64,000 nt of DNA, taken from positions 91,757,674 through 91,821,673 of the forward strand of contig NC_068990.1 in the NCBI RefSeq assembly GCF_001194135.2, given 5' to 3'. Position numbers and translations under genes: made by a program. Below are positions 1-14,210 of the stretch, piece by piece. This DNA is from Octopus bimaculoides (Eukaryota). Position 1 is the first letter of the stretch, and every line of letters begins with the position of its first letter. The notes below the pieces were generated by a model. The model did no database searches. It worked only from the letters and a program-made list of their open reading frames with translations, and had not been told where the DNA came from.

Positions 1-418
1 ACATATTTGAGGCAAGGTTTTACTGGTGGTTGCTCTTCCTGTCATCAACTTTCACTGTTTTTAATGTAATGGATTGTTATTGTCTCACAGGTCTTCGAAA
101 GTGATCGGTCGTAACAGCAACAACAAATGTAGGCTTCTCTATGTAAACATCTCGTGGTAGCACGTGAAGATGTGGCTTATCGACATTCACGCGCATTTAC
201 ACACACATATCCACACACAATGGTCATTGAAAAGGTTGCAAGAAGCAAAGAAAGTGCTTTGACAAACAAAAGCAAAACAATCGGATATTTAATAAATGAG
301 TGGAATTGAACCAGTGTGTGTGCGCTAATTATATTGGCATAATGACTCTCCCTAAACACAACGAAATTTGCTTCAACACACGAATTCACACAAAGAATCC
401 TGCAAACCAGTTACAAAA

Positions 419-450
<32 letters not shown>

Positions 451-452
451 AC

Positions 453-495
<43 letters not shown>

Positions 496-1729
496 GAGCC
501 CTAATCAGTTGTTTAACCCATGCATCTAAGAAAAATATATTTGAGACTCATTTATTGGAGAATCTTATAAGTGAGGCCGTGTGTCTATTAAACACATCCT
601 CTATTCACGTTTGAATGTTATTCCTATAGCATGAAAACTCAATCAACAATGGATGTAGACACACGAAGTGCTAGAAATAGCAGATGTTCTCCATTATAAC
701 TCATACTTATAAAGAGGAGAGGATGCATTGGATGATGTGTTTCCGCTTCCACTCCTTTCCTGTTCTCATTTCCATTCTAGCGTCCGAAGTGCTTAGCTTG
801 TTGTTATCTGTTACTGTTGCACTGGTATTGAACTACAAAAGGCCTACAATAGAGTGCGTTTCTCTTATTCAACTTAGGACGGAAAGAGGTCACCAAGTGG
901 AAGTACGAAAATTAATCATCAACAGAATACGTTGGACGTTGAACACGGTGTCTTACAAAGGATTAATATGAGAGAAAATATTTATCTATCTTGCACAATC
1001 ATTAAACTTACAAAGTTTCCAGTGGGAATTCTAGGTGACAAAAATAGACAGAATTAGCTCGAGGGCTGAAACAGCTATTCCGTTGTCTGCCCGGATATCG
1101 CTTTCTTTTTGATTTTCCTTTCATAGATCTAATATGATGTTTGATAGGGGACGGCCCCTGCGTGTATGGATCAGCGTTCAGTGTGGATGTAATAGACCGA
1201 TAAGCACAATGACCGTCCAAGTAAACGTTAAAGGTCTGTAGAGCGGTTAACTGGAATAAAAAGGCGCGGTTTCTAGTATAAGACCATTTCTGGTTAGTGA
1301 AGACTGGTTTAAAAGATTTAAGAGGAACCCGACTTTTCACAATATCAAAATTACCAAAGCCAACCAAAGGAAATGAAGTAAATGACTACTAAAGAAAACT
1401 GCTAACCAGAACAAGTATATAATGTTGATTGAAGCAGACATTTCTGCAAGTGTGGGTTCGCTACAACTTTAGTTTCAAGCAAAGAGAAATCAGCACCAGC
1501 TTTAAAGCTTCGCTGTAATATAAAATAAAAGCCAATGCTTGTGTGTCTGGCCGAAAATCTAAGCTAAGTTTAATCAAGTTGGGATTTGGCATTCGAATAA
1601 AAAGGCTTCTTCGGGCTAAAAGCCTTTTTCAAAAGATAGATAGATACACTCACTCACAATATATGAAATCGTTTCTTTTTGCTGCCACGCATTCTACAAA
1701 CGGGCGATTCATTACTCTTTTCTGTTTGG

Positions 1730-2420
1730 AACTTGGTGTAATTATTTCTGAGCTTACTCCAAGGCCCTGCAATCAATGACCTCATTGCCTTCTTTCAAAT
1801 TACTTTTCCTTAGCCACTTCCGGGTGTTGGTCCTATTTTCCCTTCAATTTCTCTGAGGTATCGCCCATGAATTGCTTTCCTTTTCCAGTTGTCTCTTCCT
1901 TCTTCTTCATTTTGTTTCCTAAATGCTTTTGGCTGTGTCACATTTTCGGCTGGTATCGTGATGTTGTTTCTAACAGTGACAAGCAAGACTTCACTCTGCT
2001 GCTTGACCTACCGTCTCAGACCATTCACTTCGTCGACACAGATCTTGCATCCTATGAGGTCACTTCCTCGCTTCTCTCTTAAACACATACAGTCTGTCGA
2101 TATCGCTTTTAGGGCGCAGTTCCATCTTCATTGTCATCACTTTCCTGGTTTTTCAATCCATTTCCTCAAGTTCGTTCTTTGTCCACCTTAACAACTCTTA
2201 TGCCGCATTGCATTAAGCAAACATCCCATGTATTCATTGCCCTGGTCTTGTTCTTTTCATTGAATCTCCTCTCCATAATGAATTTGGTTCTTCTGCAGTA
2301 TCCTTGCCCAAAGCTTTCCTTTTTTTCGCTCTCTTTAATTTTATCATTCTCCAAAATACCCGGATACTTATATCCATTCATCTCAACATCCTTGATTCTC
2401 TCCCCGTCGGGTAGTTCTAC
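1730..2420 (-). mobile_element. Decayed R4/Dong-like non-LTR retrotransposon, C-terminal part of the RT region
   Basis: Frameshifted minus-strand translation gives YKYPGILENDKIK, KNKTRAMNTW, WTKNELEEMD*KTRKVMT..LRPKSDIDRLYV, AIHGRYLREIEGK and KWLRKSNLK. These match the R4/Dong motifs YKYLGI, AINTWA, HPxSDxDRLY and MHGQYLR. Confidence 0.8.
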
Positions 2421-2513
2421 ACCATCAGATGATATTATTTTGCTTTTTTTATGATAAGCCTGTCAGACTTTTTAACCCCAAATTCCATCCATTACTGCAA
2501 TTGTTATTATTAA

Positions 2514-2785
2514 GGTGGCGAGCTGGCAGAAACGTTAGCACGCCGGGAGAAATGCTTAGCGGTATTTCGTCTGCCACTGCGTTCTGAGTTCAAATTCCGC
2601 CGAGGTCGACTTTGCCTTTCATCCTTTCGGGGTCGATAAATTAAGTACCAGTTACGCACTGGGTCGATAAAATCGACTTAATCCGTTTGTCTGTCCTTGT
2701 ATGTCCCCTCTGTGTGTAGCCCCTTGTGAGCAGTAAAGAAATAGGTATTTCGTCTGTCTTTACGTTCTGAGTTCAAATTCCACCG
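2514..2785 (+). mobile_element. SINE family A (tRNA-derived), plus the start of a second tandem copy running into a gap
   Basis: GGTGGCGAGCTGGCAGAAACGTTAGCACG A-box-like head, GAGTTCAAATTCC B box and central GCCTTTCATCCTTTCGGGGTCGATAAA. The same sequence recurs at about 33491, 52887 and 60744-61467. Confidence 0.85.
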
Positions 2786-3679
2786 NNNNNNNNNNNNNNN
2801 NNNNNNNNNNNNNNNNNNNNNNNNNNNNNNNNNNNNNNNNNNNNNNNNNNNNNNNNNNNNNNNNNNNNNNNNNNNNNNNNNNNNNNNNNNNNNNNNNNNN
2901 NNNNNNNNNNNNNNNNNNNNNNNNNNNNNNNNNNNNNNNNNNNNNNNNNNNNNNNNNNNNNNNNNNNNNNNNNNNNNNNNNNNNNNNNNNNNNNNNNNNN
3001 NNNNNNNNNNNNNNNNNNNNNNNNNNNNNNNNNNNNNNNNNNNNNNNNNNNNNNNNNNNNNNNNNNNNNNNNNNNNNNNNNNNNNNNNNNNNNNNNNNNN
3101 NNNNNNNNNNNNNNNNNNNNNNNNNNNNNNNNNNNNNNNNNNNNNNNNNNNNNNNNNNNNNNNNNNNNNNNNNNNNNNNNNNNNNNNNNNNNNNNNNNNN
3201 NNNNNNNNNNNNNNNNNNNNNNNNNNNNNNNNNNNNNNNNNNNNNNNNNNNNNNNNNNNNNNNNNNNNNNNNNNNNNNNNNNNNNNNNNNNNNNNNNNNN
3301 NNNNNNNNNNNNNNNNNNNNNNNNNNNNNNNNNNNNNNNNNNNNNNNNNNNNNNNNNNNNNNNNNNNNNNNNNNNNNNNNNNNNNNNNNNNNNNNNNNNN
3401 NNNNNNNNNNNNNNNNNNNNNNNNNNNNNNNNNNNNNNNNNNNNNNNNNNNNNNNNNNNNNNNNNNNNNNNNNNNNNNNNNNNNNNNNNNNNNNNNNNNN
3501 NNNNNNNNNNNNNNNNNNNNNNNNNNNNNNNNNNNNNNNNNNNNNNNNNNNNNNNNATGGTTGTTTCACAAATATGAAGTAAAATTCCATTTTATATTCT
3601 TAAATTTTAATCTGAAAATTGAGTTTGCTTTATTTTTGTTATTATTTGTTTTAAATGCTTTTGCACTGTTCTGGTGCTC

Positions 3680-3714
<35 letters not shown>

Positions 3715-4901
3715 GCTGCCGCTGTTGTTCTTACAGTTGTTAATTACTGATGGAGAAATATTAAATGAGATTTTACTGAACACACACGCATACACATACG
3801 CACATCACACAGACATACACACACACACACACATACGCACGTCACACAGACACGCCCCCCCACACACACACACACACGCACACACACACACGCTTAGGGT
3901 TTGATCCTTTTAACAGACGGATCAAATATTTCCTCTTTTATTGTGGTCGGTTGATGTCCACCTTGAAGAGGTTGACAATACAATAACAATCATCATCATC
4001 ATCATCATCATCATCATTGTCGTCGTCATCATCATCAACATTATCATCATCATCATCATCACCACCAGCTCCACCATTGCCACCATCATTAACATCACCT
4101 TCATTATCACCATCATCATCACCATCAGAGCAATCATCATCATCACCCCACCACCACCACCACCACCACCATCATCNNNNNNNNNNNNNNNNNNNNNNNN
4201 NNNNNNNNNNNNNNNNNNNNNNNNNNNNNNNNNNNNNNNNNNNNNNNNNNNNNNNNNNNNNNNNNNNNNNNNNNNNNNNNNNNNNNNNNNNNNNNNNNNN
4301 NNNNNNNNNNNNNNNNNNNNNNNNNNNNNNNNNNNNNNNNNNNNNNNNNNNNNNNNNNNNNNNNNNNNNNNNNNNNNNNNNNNNNNNNNNNNNNNNNNNN
4401 NNNNNNNNNNNNNNNNNNNNNNNNNNNNNNNNNNNNNNNNNNNNNNNNNNNNNNNNNNNNNNNNNNNNNNNNNNNNNNNNNNNNNNNNNNNNNNNNNNNN
4501 NNNNNNNNNNNNNNNNNNNNNNNNNNNNNNNNNNNNNNNNNNNNNNNNNNNNNNNNNNNNNNNNNNNNNNNNNNNNNNNNNNNNNNNNNNNNNNNNNNNN
4601 NNNNNNNNNNNNNNNNNNNNNNNNNNNNNNNNNNNNNNNNNNNNNNNNNNNNNNNNNNNNNNNNNNNNNNNNNNNNNNNNNNNNNNNNNNNNNNNNNNNN
4701 NNNNNNNNNNNNNNNNNNNNNNNNNNNNNNNNNNNNNNNNNNNNNNNNNNNNNNNNNNNNNNNNNNNNNNNNNNNNNNNNNNNNNNNNNNNNNNNNNNNN
4801 NNNNNNNNNNNNNNNNNNNNNNNNNNNNNNNNNNNNNNNNNNNNNNNNNNNNNNNNNNNNNNNNNNNNNNNNNNNNNNNNNNNNNNNNNNNNNNNNNNNN
4901 N

Positions 4902-4945
<44 letters not shown>

Positions 4946-5652
4946 TTGGTTAAGAACATCGTATGTGAACATGTATGTATAATTATGAGTAGGAGTGTAA
5001 GTAAACTAGCAGTGGGATCTGTGTGTATATAAATTAATTATTACAATATATGTGTGCTTGTGTAAGAATATTTGCGTGCGTAAATGATGTAATTAATTCT
5101 TTTGTTGAACGAATTTATTTCGGTTGTCAGATTCAATACAAAAATTTCATGTTCAAACAACACATTTACTGGTCGAGCAACAAGTAACATCTGCGACGGC
5201 CTCAGGATATTTGATTGCTAATGTCGGCCATCTCGCCACTTTATTTATAGAAGGAGGCACAGCGAGATAAAATCTTGTGCTGATAAACCGAATTGCCGAG
5301 CTAAAACCTCGCTAATTATGTTTTCAAATCTTTTCAACTCTTCCTTCATCCATTTTGCTCTCTTTTTTCTGTATTTCTATTGAATGAATATGATTATTAG
5401 AAATCGCCTACTTCAGAACGCTGAGTTTATTTATCGGCCTCGTTGGAAAAGCAATCAGCATATTGCATTTTGCGGAATTCTGATGAGTAAATTCCGCCAT
5501 GCGCTAGAAAAGAAAATTTGCACGGTCCATGGGAATAAATCAACAATTGCTGACATGGTGGTAACATGACGCAAGATTGGTTATAATGGAAATTGACGAA
5601 ACGATTGTCAACATCGTGGTAAAAGAAATATACTAATTCCATTGTTTGATAT

Positions 5653-5713
<61 letters not shown>

Positions 5714-5756
5714 GGATGGATGGATGGATGGATGGATGGATGGATGGATGGATGGA

Positions 5757-5787
<31 letters not shown>

Positions 5788-5981
5788 ATTGATTGATTGA
5801 TGCAATAAAATACAAGAATAACTATGCGTGAGTGGAGGAAGTTACAAATGTTGCGTCGCAGGAGGATCTAACATCTTACCAAGAAACTCAACGATCATCA
5901 GGAACAACCAATTACTAGAAACATCAGTCATTTACGGATGTTAGCCTGTATCTATAGAAAGCCAGTATATTACTCTGTATA

Positions 5982-6322
5982 GTGGAGGCGCAATGGCTCA
6001 GTGGTTAGGGCAGCGGACTCGCGGTCGTGGGATCGCGGTTTCGATTCCAAGACCAGGCGTTGTGAGTGATTATTGAGTGAAGACACCTAAAGCTCCACGA
6101 GGCTCCAGCAGGGGATGGTGCCGAACCCTGCTGTACTCTTTCACCACAACTTTCTCTCATTCTTTCTTCCTGTTTCTGTTGTGCCTGTAATTCAAAAGGT
6201 CAGCCTTGTCACACTCTGTGTCATGCTGAATCTCCCTGAGAACTACGTTAAGGGTACACGTGTCTGTTCCGCTGATCGGGTCAACTGGAACCCTCGTCGT
6301 CGTAACCGACGGAGTGCCACGA
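5982..6322 (+). mobile_element. SINE family B (tRNA-derived), small internal deletion, degenerate 11-bp TSD
   Basis: Head GTGGAGGCGCAATGGCTCAGTGGTTAGGG..GGTTTCGATTCC and tail CGTAACCGACGGAGTGCCA. Flanks are TTACTCTGTAT (5970-5980) and TTAGTCTGTAT (6323-6333). Near-identical to 40816-41197. Confidence 0.9.
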
Positions 6323-6886
6323 TTAGTCTGTATCTACTGAGAGCCCCAAGGCATTTTAACGGATCACAGCCGCATATCAACAGATTAGCTGTTACATCTT
6401 CTCGATGTAACAGCTAAATCTTCCTCAAATTACATGCTTTCGTTTGGGCGGAGAAACCAAAGTGGCATTTAATTAAATGTGACGAATATTAATTAATTAT
6501 ACAGAAAAATGTAATTACATTTATAATGAAATGTAATTTATGCATATTATAATAGTAAATATATATGTGTAAACTAACTTTTTAATGAGTTTAAAACATT
6601 TAAGAAAATTAAAATTTAATACTATGTCATCAATCAAATATGCTTTAATGTGAAATCCAGTTTTTTTCAATAAAGTTGCTCATGTTTATATTTATTATTG
6701 TTTATGGCGAATGGGGTTCAATGGCGTGGCTGGTTATGAACTCCCAGAGAATCAGTCGTTGGTTCATTGCAGTTTGAACGATGAGACAAACGAGTGAGTA
6801 ACAACGGTTTCATTTTTTTTCGCTGATGAATATCAGCAAAAGACATACAAAAACACAAATGCGTTACATACATACATACATACATA

Positions 6887-7390
6887 CCTGATATAATGAT
6901 TTGGGATAGAGAAGAGAAACTGTGCACTGTTGTGGAAATTTGCAGAAGATCAGCGAAAAAGAGAACACCTACGCTGAACTATTGAGAAATCTGCAGTTAC
7001 TCTATCCAGATTACAAGTTCAGGTTTATACCTGTAATTATTGGGGCCCTGGAATATGTAACACACTGCCTAATACCAATATTGAGAAACTAGGCTTCTCA
7101 AAACCAGAAAGGGGGAAGCTAATTCGAAGACCACAGATCCAATCCATCACTGGAACTGTAATAATCTGTAAAACTTTCTAGAAGTTTATCATTTAAATAT
7201 ATATGAGTATGTCTAGATATGTAACTATATGCATACACAAAGCAAAATATACAATTCTGCACATACATACATACATACATACAAAAATACCCTGATGTTG
7301 ATGTTGAAATTCCAACGAAGGAGCCTTGGATCTAGGTTAGAAACCGGTTCTTTCTCTGTTGGTAAGAAATCTTGAAATAAAACTGAATGA
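6887..7390 (+). mobile_element. 3' end of an RLE-type non-LTR retrotransposon (endonuclease remnant plus probable 3' UTR)
   Basis: PDIMIWDREEKLCTVVEI, then KISEKENTYAELLRNLQLLYPDYKFRFIPVIIGALEYV...LIRRPQIQSITGTVIICKTF. This is the PD..(D/E) restriction-like endonuclease motif followed by the IPVIIGALG-type motif. Confidence 0.75.
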
Positions 7391-8000
7391 TGACATATAT
7401 ACACTGCTGTAGAGATCAGGTGCCCAAGCAACGTGACTGTCTCGTCAAAAACCGACAAAAAGAAGAATATCTATAGAAAGCTAATTAGAAACTAACAACT
7501 CTTATACCGAGACTATTGATTTTAATGTACCTACCATCATAGTTTCACCCGGCTATAAAAGAACAGATTTCCACAAAAGACCAAAAAATGCCTGAGTTCA
7601 TAACAAAGAACAAAGCAGACCGATTCACATTCGCCAATTCTGCAAATAGATTCGATGAGTGGTGCAATGAAAAACTTGTAAAACACTCCAAGGATTGTCC
7701 ATTTGAGGTTCTTGGGCTGATCAAGTACACACAATCGCATATAGATATGGAATACGCACATACAGATACACACACGCACGCACACTATCCGTGTGCACGT
7801 TTATACGCACACACACATATATGCACACATTAACCATTTCAGACGTCGAAATACCCCAAGGCTGGCTTATCTTAACAGAACCTTATCAGTTTCTTGCTGA
7901 CCGGCAAAAATATAAGAATAGAGATATATTCTTGAGAAACATACTACATGCAAAAAACACGCTTAAGATATCAACTAGGATACAACTGGGAGATAATAGT

Positions 8001-8240
8001 TTACTCAAAGTAGTCGCCCTTAGCTTCCATTACGATCTCAAGAGGGCTCTGTAACGTGGTGCATGCATTCTTCACTATGTCCCTAGGAAGATTTTCGAGC
8101 CCCTTCATCTTGACCACCAGCTCGGCCTTAGTGTAAAGGCTGCGCAGTTGGTGTCTTTATCAGCAGTATCCCATACATGGTAATAATCTATGGGGTTACA
8201 ATCTACGGAATTAGGAGGACCGAAATTAGGGGTTGGTAGA
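8001..8240 (-). mobile_element. Tc1/mariner transposase C-terminal remnant
   Basis: Minus strand reads PPNSVDCNPIDYYHVW (compare WPPNSPDxNPxDYxVW) and ends LEIVMEAKGDYFE* at 8001. Frameshifted; no TIRs recognised. Confidence 0.8.
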
Positions 8241-8429
8241 AAACACTAACTCACAACCATGCGCCACCGATTGCGCCTATTCTTGTCCGAAGCAATAGCT
8301 CACCGCACGGAGTTGCCCAAGGAACATTAAGGATGACCAAAGTGTGTAGGGCTGTCTTTGACCATCGACCTATTTCATCACTGATAACTTGATTGCGAAA
8401 CACCAATGCTTCCATGTTTTATTCAAGTG

Positions 8430-8706
8430 CGGGGAGGGCATTAAGCATACCAACACCGGTTGTCAAGCAGTGAGTGGGGAATGACACAAAGACACACACA
8501 TACCTATACATGTGTGTGTGTGCGTGTGTGCGCGTGTGTGCGTGTGTGTGTGCAACGGGCTTCCACAGTTTTGGTCTACTAAATCCATTCAAAGGGCAGT
8601 GATTGGCTCGGAGCTAAAGTAGAAAACACTTACCCAAGATGCCGCGCAGTGGGGTTGAACCGGAAACCACGTGACTGCAACGCAAGCTTCTTAAACAAAC
8701 AGCCAT
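8430..8706 (-). mobile_element. SINE family C, degenerate
   Basis: Aligns by eye to 26231-26500 (ACGGGCTTC..CAGTTT..CTAC.AAATCCA, ACACTT.CCCAAGATGCCGCGCAGTGG, CAGCCA) and carries the internal dinucleotide tract typical of the family. Confidence 0.7.
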
Positions 8707-8762
8707 GAAGATTATTGAGCAATCATCTGAATATTTACGCACTAAATAAATCAAAAGATAAT

Positions 8763-9885
<1,123 letters not shown>

Positions 9886-10129
9886 GTCAGTTGCCATGAA
9901 TGAACAGGAAGGTATTCCAGGAATGTAGATGGAGATTATAATAGTGCAGAACGAAAGTAGTTTGTTGAAACTGCTCGGTTTATTTTTAGTTCTATTTACA
10001 TTCTTACCTCACCTTCATCTTACCTACTCATCCATCGCCCTTGTGGCAAATAATGCTAATATATTGTTGTTGTTATCGTTGCTATTATTATTATTATCAT
10101 TATTATTATTATTCCTTCGTAACACAGTG

Positions 10130-10380
10130 TAAGTAAAAATGCACCGGAGTCTTTAGTCGTCTGTCAAGTCACAACAAAGACCTCAGACAGATAATACTTT
10201 TCTTAAGATGTGCGTTGTTCCCAATAAGGCTGCTTTTTGCAAGACATCAATCTTGCATGGGATTTCCAGTTGCCTTAAGAAATCTTGAAGCTTCAATGAG
10301 ATTGAGCCCAACGCTCCGATCACCACTGGTATCACTTTTACATTACCCTCTCGCATTCCATACAGTCTTGCCATTTCCAC
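10130..10380 (-). mobile_element. 3' terminus of an R4/Dong-like element (RLE C-terminus and short 3' UTR)
   Basis: ORF 10183-10380 VKVIPVVIGALGSIS...LQKAALLGTTHILRKVLSV* is the canonical R4/Dong C-terminus, followed on that strand by an (AAT)n-like tract. Confidence 0.85.
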
Positions 10381-10880
10381 TGGAGGCTCCGGTCCATATT
10401 AGCCTGCCAGACCTTCATAAAATAGGAGCTGGTGCCAGCTGATGACCTGAGACTGCGAATCGTTGTGGAGGGGAGACCTCCGGTATGCTACGCATGTGGA
10501 ATAAGGGGACACATGAAAGTAAAGTGTCCCCAGAAATGCGAACAGGAGGAGGCGAAGAAGGAGAGTCGGGAAGAAGAGATTGCAACTGCAGAGGAGGAAA
10601 TGGAGGAGTATACAGTGGTAGAAAGAAAGAGAAAGAACGTGGAATCTCCATCTAAAAAGAAAACAAAGTCGGGGGGAAATAAGAATGAAAAAAGGAAAAA
10701 TGAGGAACTAACGGAAGAACGAACGCAAAAACCGGAGCCTGCAACTAGTAAGGAAGAGGAAAGACGGAAGAAGTGACTTGAAAGTGAGAAGAGAGAACAA
10801 ACAGAGACGAAAATATTAGCAACAGCGGTAGAGAGTGAGGTACTACGGCCGAGAAGACAACCGAAGGGGAAACACGAAAG
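10381..10880 (+). mobile_element. Non-LTR retrotransposon ORF1 remnant with CCHC zinc knuckle
   Basis: ORF 10432-10776 LRIVVEGRPPVCYACGIRGHMKVKC has the C-x2-C-x4-H-x4-C knuckle followed by a K/E-rich tail, typical of gag-like ORF1. Clade not resolved. Confidence 0.7.
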
Positions 10881-11152
10881 AGTGATGGTTTGTTATGGAA
10901 AGAGCGCGGAAATGTATGTATGTATGTATGTATGTATGTATGTATGTATATTATTGTTGCTATTATGCAAAAGTGTCACAAGTCCAAAACGTTGCTTTTT
11001 CAGAAAACGAAAAATAGTTTCACCATTCCATAGTAAAACCGTTGCACTACACTTTGACAATTTTTGATATTTTAGCATCTGAAGCAGCTGGAGATACGAT
11101 AGTTTGATCAATAGAACCAGCTATTGCAAGCAAAAATAAATATTGAAAAAAA

Positions 11153-11194
<42 letters not shown>

Positions 11195-11691
11195 AAAACA
11201 CGTATATGCACACCTACATATGTACTTTATTGCTACCAGCCTATCTCTGACCTTCAGCTGAGAGGCCGTTAGGAAGGATTGTCGAGAACAGTGACTCCAC
11301 TTATATCAGAACAACACTTGTTTTGGGAGGGTTTTAAAGCTTAATACGACTCAATAGATCCCAATTGTAACCACTGTTAACTACAATTGTCTGTGTCATA
11401 TGATATGGACCCACTTGAAACGGGAACAACGGACAATTTCAAATAAACATTTAGATTAAGATTTCAAGAGGCAAAATTTATATGAATTCCAAATGAATGT
11501 ATAAATATAGAGAAGTGTTGGACGTGGTTTGTCTTTAATATATTTTGCTGATTACTCATCAATTATTTCTGACAATATGATATATCAATCTTCATCATCA
11601 TCAGCAGCAGCAGCATTTAACGTCCACTCTCTATGCTGGCATGGGTTGAACAAATATATATGTGTGTGTGTGTGTGTGTGTGGATGCATTC

Positions 11692-11732
<41 letters not shown>

Positions 11733-11741
11733 TGATATGTG

Positions 11742-11837
11742 TTTAGGTGTTTTCGCTCGATAAACACTCACAATGCCTGGTCTGGGAATCGAAACCGCGA
11801 TCCCACGACCGTGAGTCCGCTGCCATTGCACCTCCAC
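11742..11837 (-). mobile_element. SINE family B, 5' fragment
   Basis: Reverse complement of the family B head (TTTAGGTGTTTTCGCTC..AAACACTCACA..GGGAATCGAAACCGCGATCC..CCATTGCACCTCCAC). Confidence 0.85.
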
Positions 11838-12912
11838 ATTTACCTTACTATTGAGACTGGAAATCGAAACATATCTAACAATANNNNNNNNNNNNNNNNN
11901 NNNNNNNNNNNNNNNNNNNNNNNNNNNNNNNNNNNNNNNNNNNNNNNNNNNNNNNNNNNNNNNNNNNNNNNNNNNNNNNNNNNNNNNNNNNNNNNNNNNN
12001 NNNNNNNNNNNNNNNNNNNNNNNNNNNNNNNNNNNNNNNNNNNNNNNNNNNNNNNNNNNNNNNNNNNNNNNNNNNNNNNNNNNNNNNNNNNNNNNNNNNN
12101 NNNNNNNNNNNNNNNNNNNNNNNNNNNNNNNNNNNNNNNNNNNNNNNNNNNNNNNNNNNNNNNNNNNNNNNNNNNNNNNNNNNNNNNNNNNNNNNNNNNN
12201 NNNNNNNNNNNNNNNNNNNNNNNNNNNNNNNNNNNNNNNNNNNNNNNNNNNNNNNNNNNNNNNNNNNNNNNNNNNNNNNNNNNNNNNNNTGGTGGTGGTG
12301 GTGGTAGTAGCGATAGTGATTATGATGTTGATGGTGTTTTTGTGATACTGATAGTAGTGTTAAGTATACCATTGATGATGATGATGGTAGTGGAGGCGGT
12401 TGTGGTGGAGGTAATAGTAGTGGTGGTACTGTTGGTTGGGGGGGGGGGTAGTGACGGTGGGAATTTTAGTACTCGTTGTGATAGCGGTCGTGTTTGTGAC
12501 AGTCTGACAAACACAAGCGCGCGCGCACACATACGCACACACACAGACAGTCACACACATACATTCACGCATACATGTACACTTCAATATAAACACCCAG
12601 ACGAACTTTCATCTACACACATAATAAAACAAACACACACACACACACAAATATATGCATACCTAGATACACACATACACACACGCACGCACATATATAC
12701 AAAAAAGTATACATACACGCATACATAAATACATTCATAAGCATATATAAGCATACATACATGCATACATATACACACACACTCATACAGCCATACATAC
12801 ACACATAAGGACACAGGCACACATACAACCGTATAGACATTTCAACTACACATCCAATGACAGTCGCACATATACCAACATGCACACACACACACACACA
12901 TACACACTCGTC

Positions 12913-12975
<63 letters not shown>

Positions 12976-14024
12976 GATAGACACACAGATCCAAATATGG
13001 TTACAACGATCACAATTGCACAGTAATGTCACACGGAGAGCAAAAATATAAAAAAAGTACCAATTGATTTTATATGAAGAGAAAATACATCGCCAAGAAT
13101 GGCAGACGACAATCAAACGGCAGTCAAAATTGTGTTTTCTTTTCAATTCAAGCTGGCATTTTCATGTATTAGCAAGGGAAAACTTAAAAAGAATTCAGTC
13201 ACGACCAAATTAATGATTTTATATATATATACACATATATATGTATAAGTAGATTTAATATGTATATGTGTGTGTGTGTGTATTTCTTTGTATATATTAT
13301 ACACATATATATATTTGACTATATTTAGTTTGCCGCTCTCTTTACGCTTCCATTTTAACGGTATCGTCACGTGACTGTTTTATATTAAACAGTGAACTCA
13401 TCAAATTTCGTGGTTTTTTCCTTCCTTTTACAGAAGTATATATTTATACTTTTTAAGCTAATATTTTCTTTGTTATTCTTGCATTGCTTTTTTTCTCCTT
13501 TACTTGTAATTCTTCCTTTTCTTTTCATTTTTGTGCCTTATTTCAGAAGTCATAGAGGTCTGTGAGTGTCTGCAGGTGGGAATATGGAACGTTCGAGACA
13601 ACTATTGTTATTATTCATAACTGTGAAATACGCTTTTTTGTTAGAAAATTTGATATATTTTGCACATTTTGCACATAGAGTTCGATTATTAACACGGATA
13701 AACTCCAGTACCTTATCACAATGCAGAAGATCCTGGTGGAACTAACTTGCTTCTACATAAAGAAGCGCCTTAAACTATATTTGAGAGCAACTTATTTAGA
13801 ATTATGAGCGGTAAAGCATAAATCGGTAACGGTATTTTGATTTCCATTTTCCTTTTAGCCCTCCTAAGGAAATGGCTCACTCAACCCTTATAGGCCAATT
13901 GATTATGTATGATAATTACGTGATTATATATATATTTGATGACTCACATTTATGTTCTATTGACAGCTGTAGCGTTCGAATAAATTATGAATCATGTGCC
14001 GTTCTACGTTTTCTACAGTGTTCA

Positions 14025-14210
14025 GTGGAGGCACATTGGCCCAGTGGTTAGGGCAGCGGACTCGCGGTTGTAGGATCGCAGTTTCGATTCCCAGACCCGG
14101 CAGTGTGAGTGTTAAGGGAACACGTGTCTGTGGAGTGCTCAGGTACTTATACGTTAATTTCACGAGCAGGCTCAACTAGAACCCTCGTCATCGTAATCGA
14201 CGGAGTGCCA
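14025..14210 (+). mobile_element. SINE family B with large internal deletions
   Basis: Intact head and tail (CGACGGAGTGCCA); about 190 nt missing compared with 40816-41197. Confidence 0.85.

Noticed and set aside
177-389. Minus-strand ORF preceded by an acceptor-like TTTGCAG
   Set aside because: No homology I can recognise; cannot be supported without transcript data.
1008-1367. Possible RTE C-terminal remnant (RRGRP) on the minus strand
   Set aside because: Only one short motif; insufficient support.
7588-7750. Protein-like ORF MPEFITKNKADRFTFANSANRFDEWCNEK...
   Set aside because: No recognisable family, no convincing splice signals, and it runs into a microsatellite.
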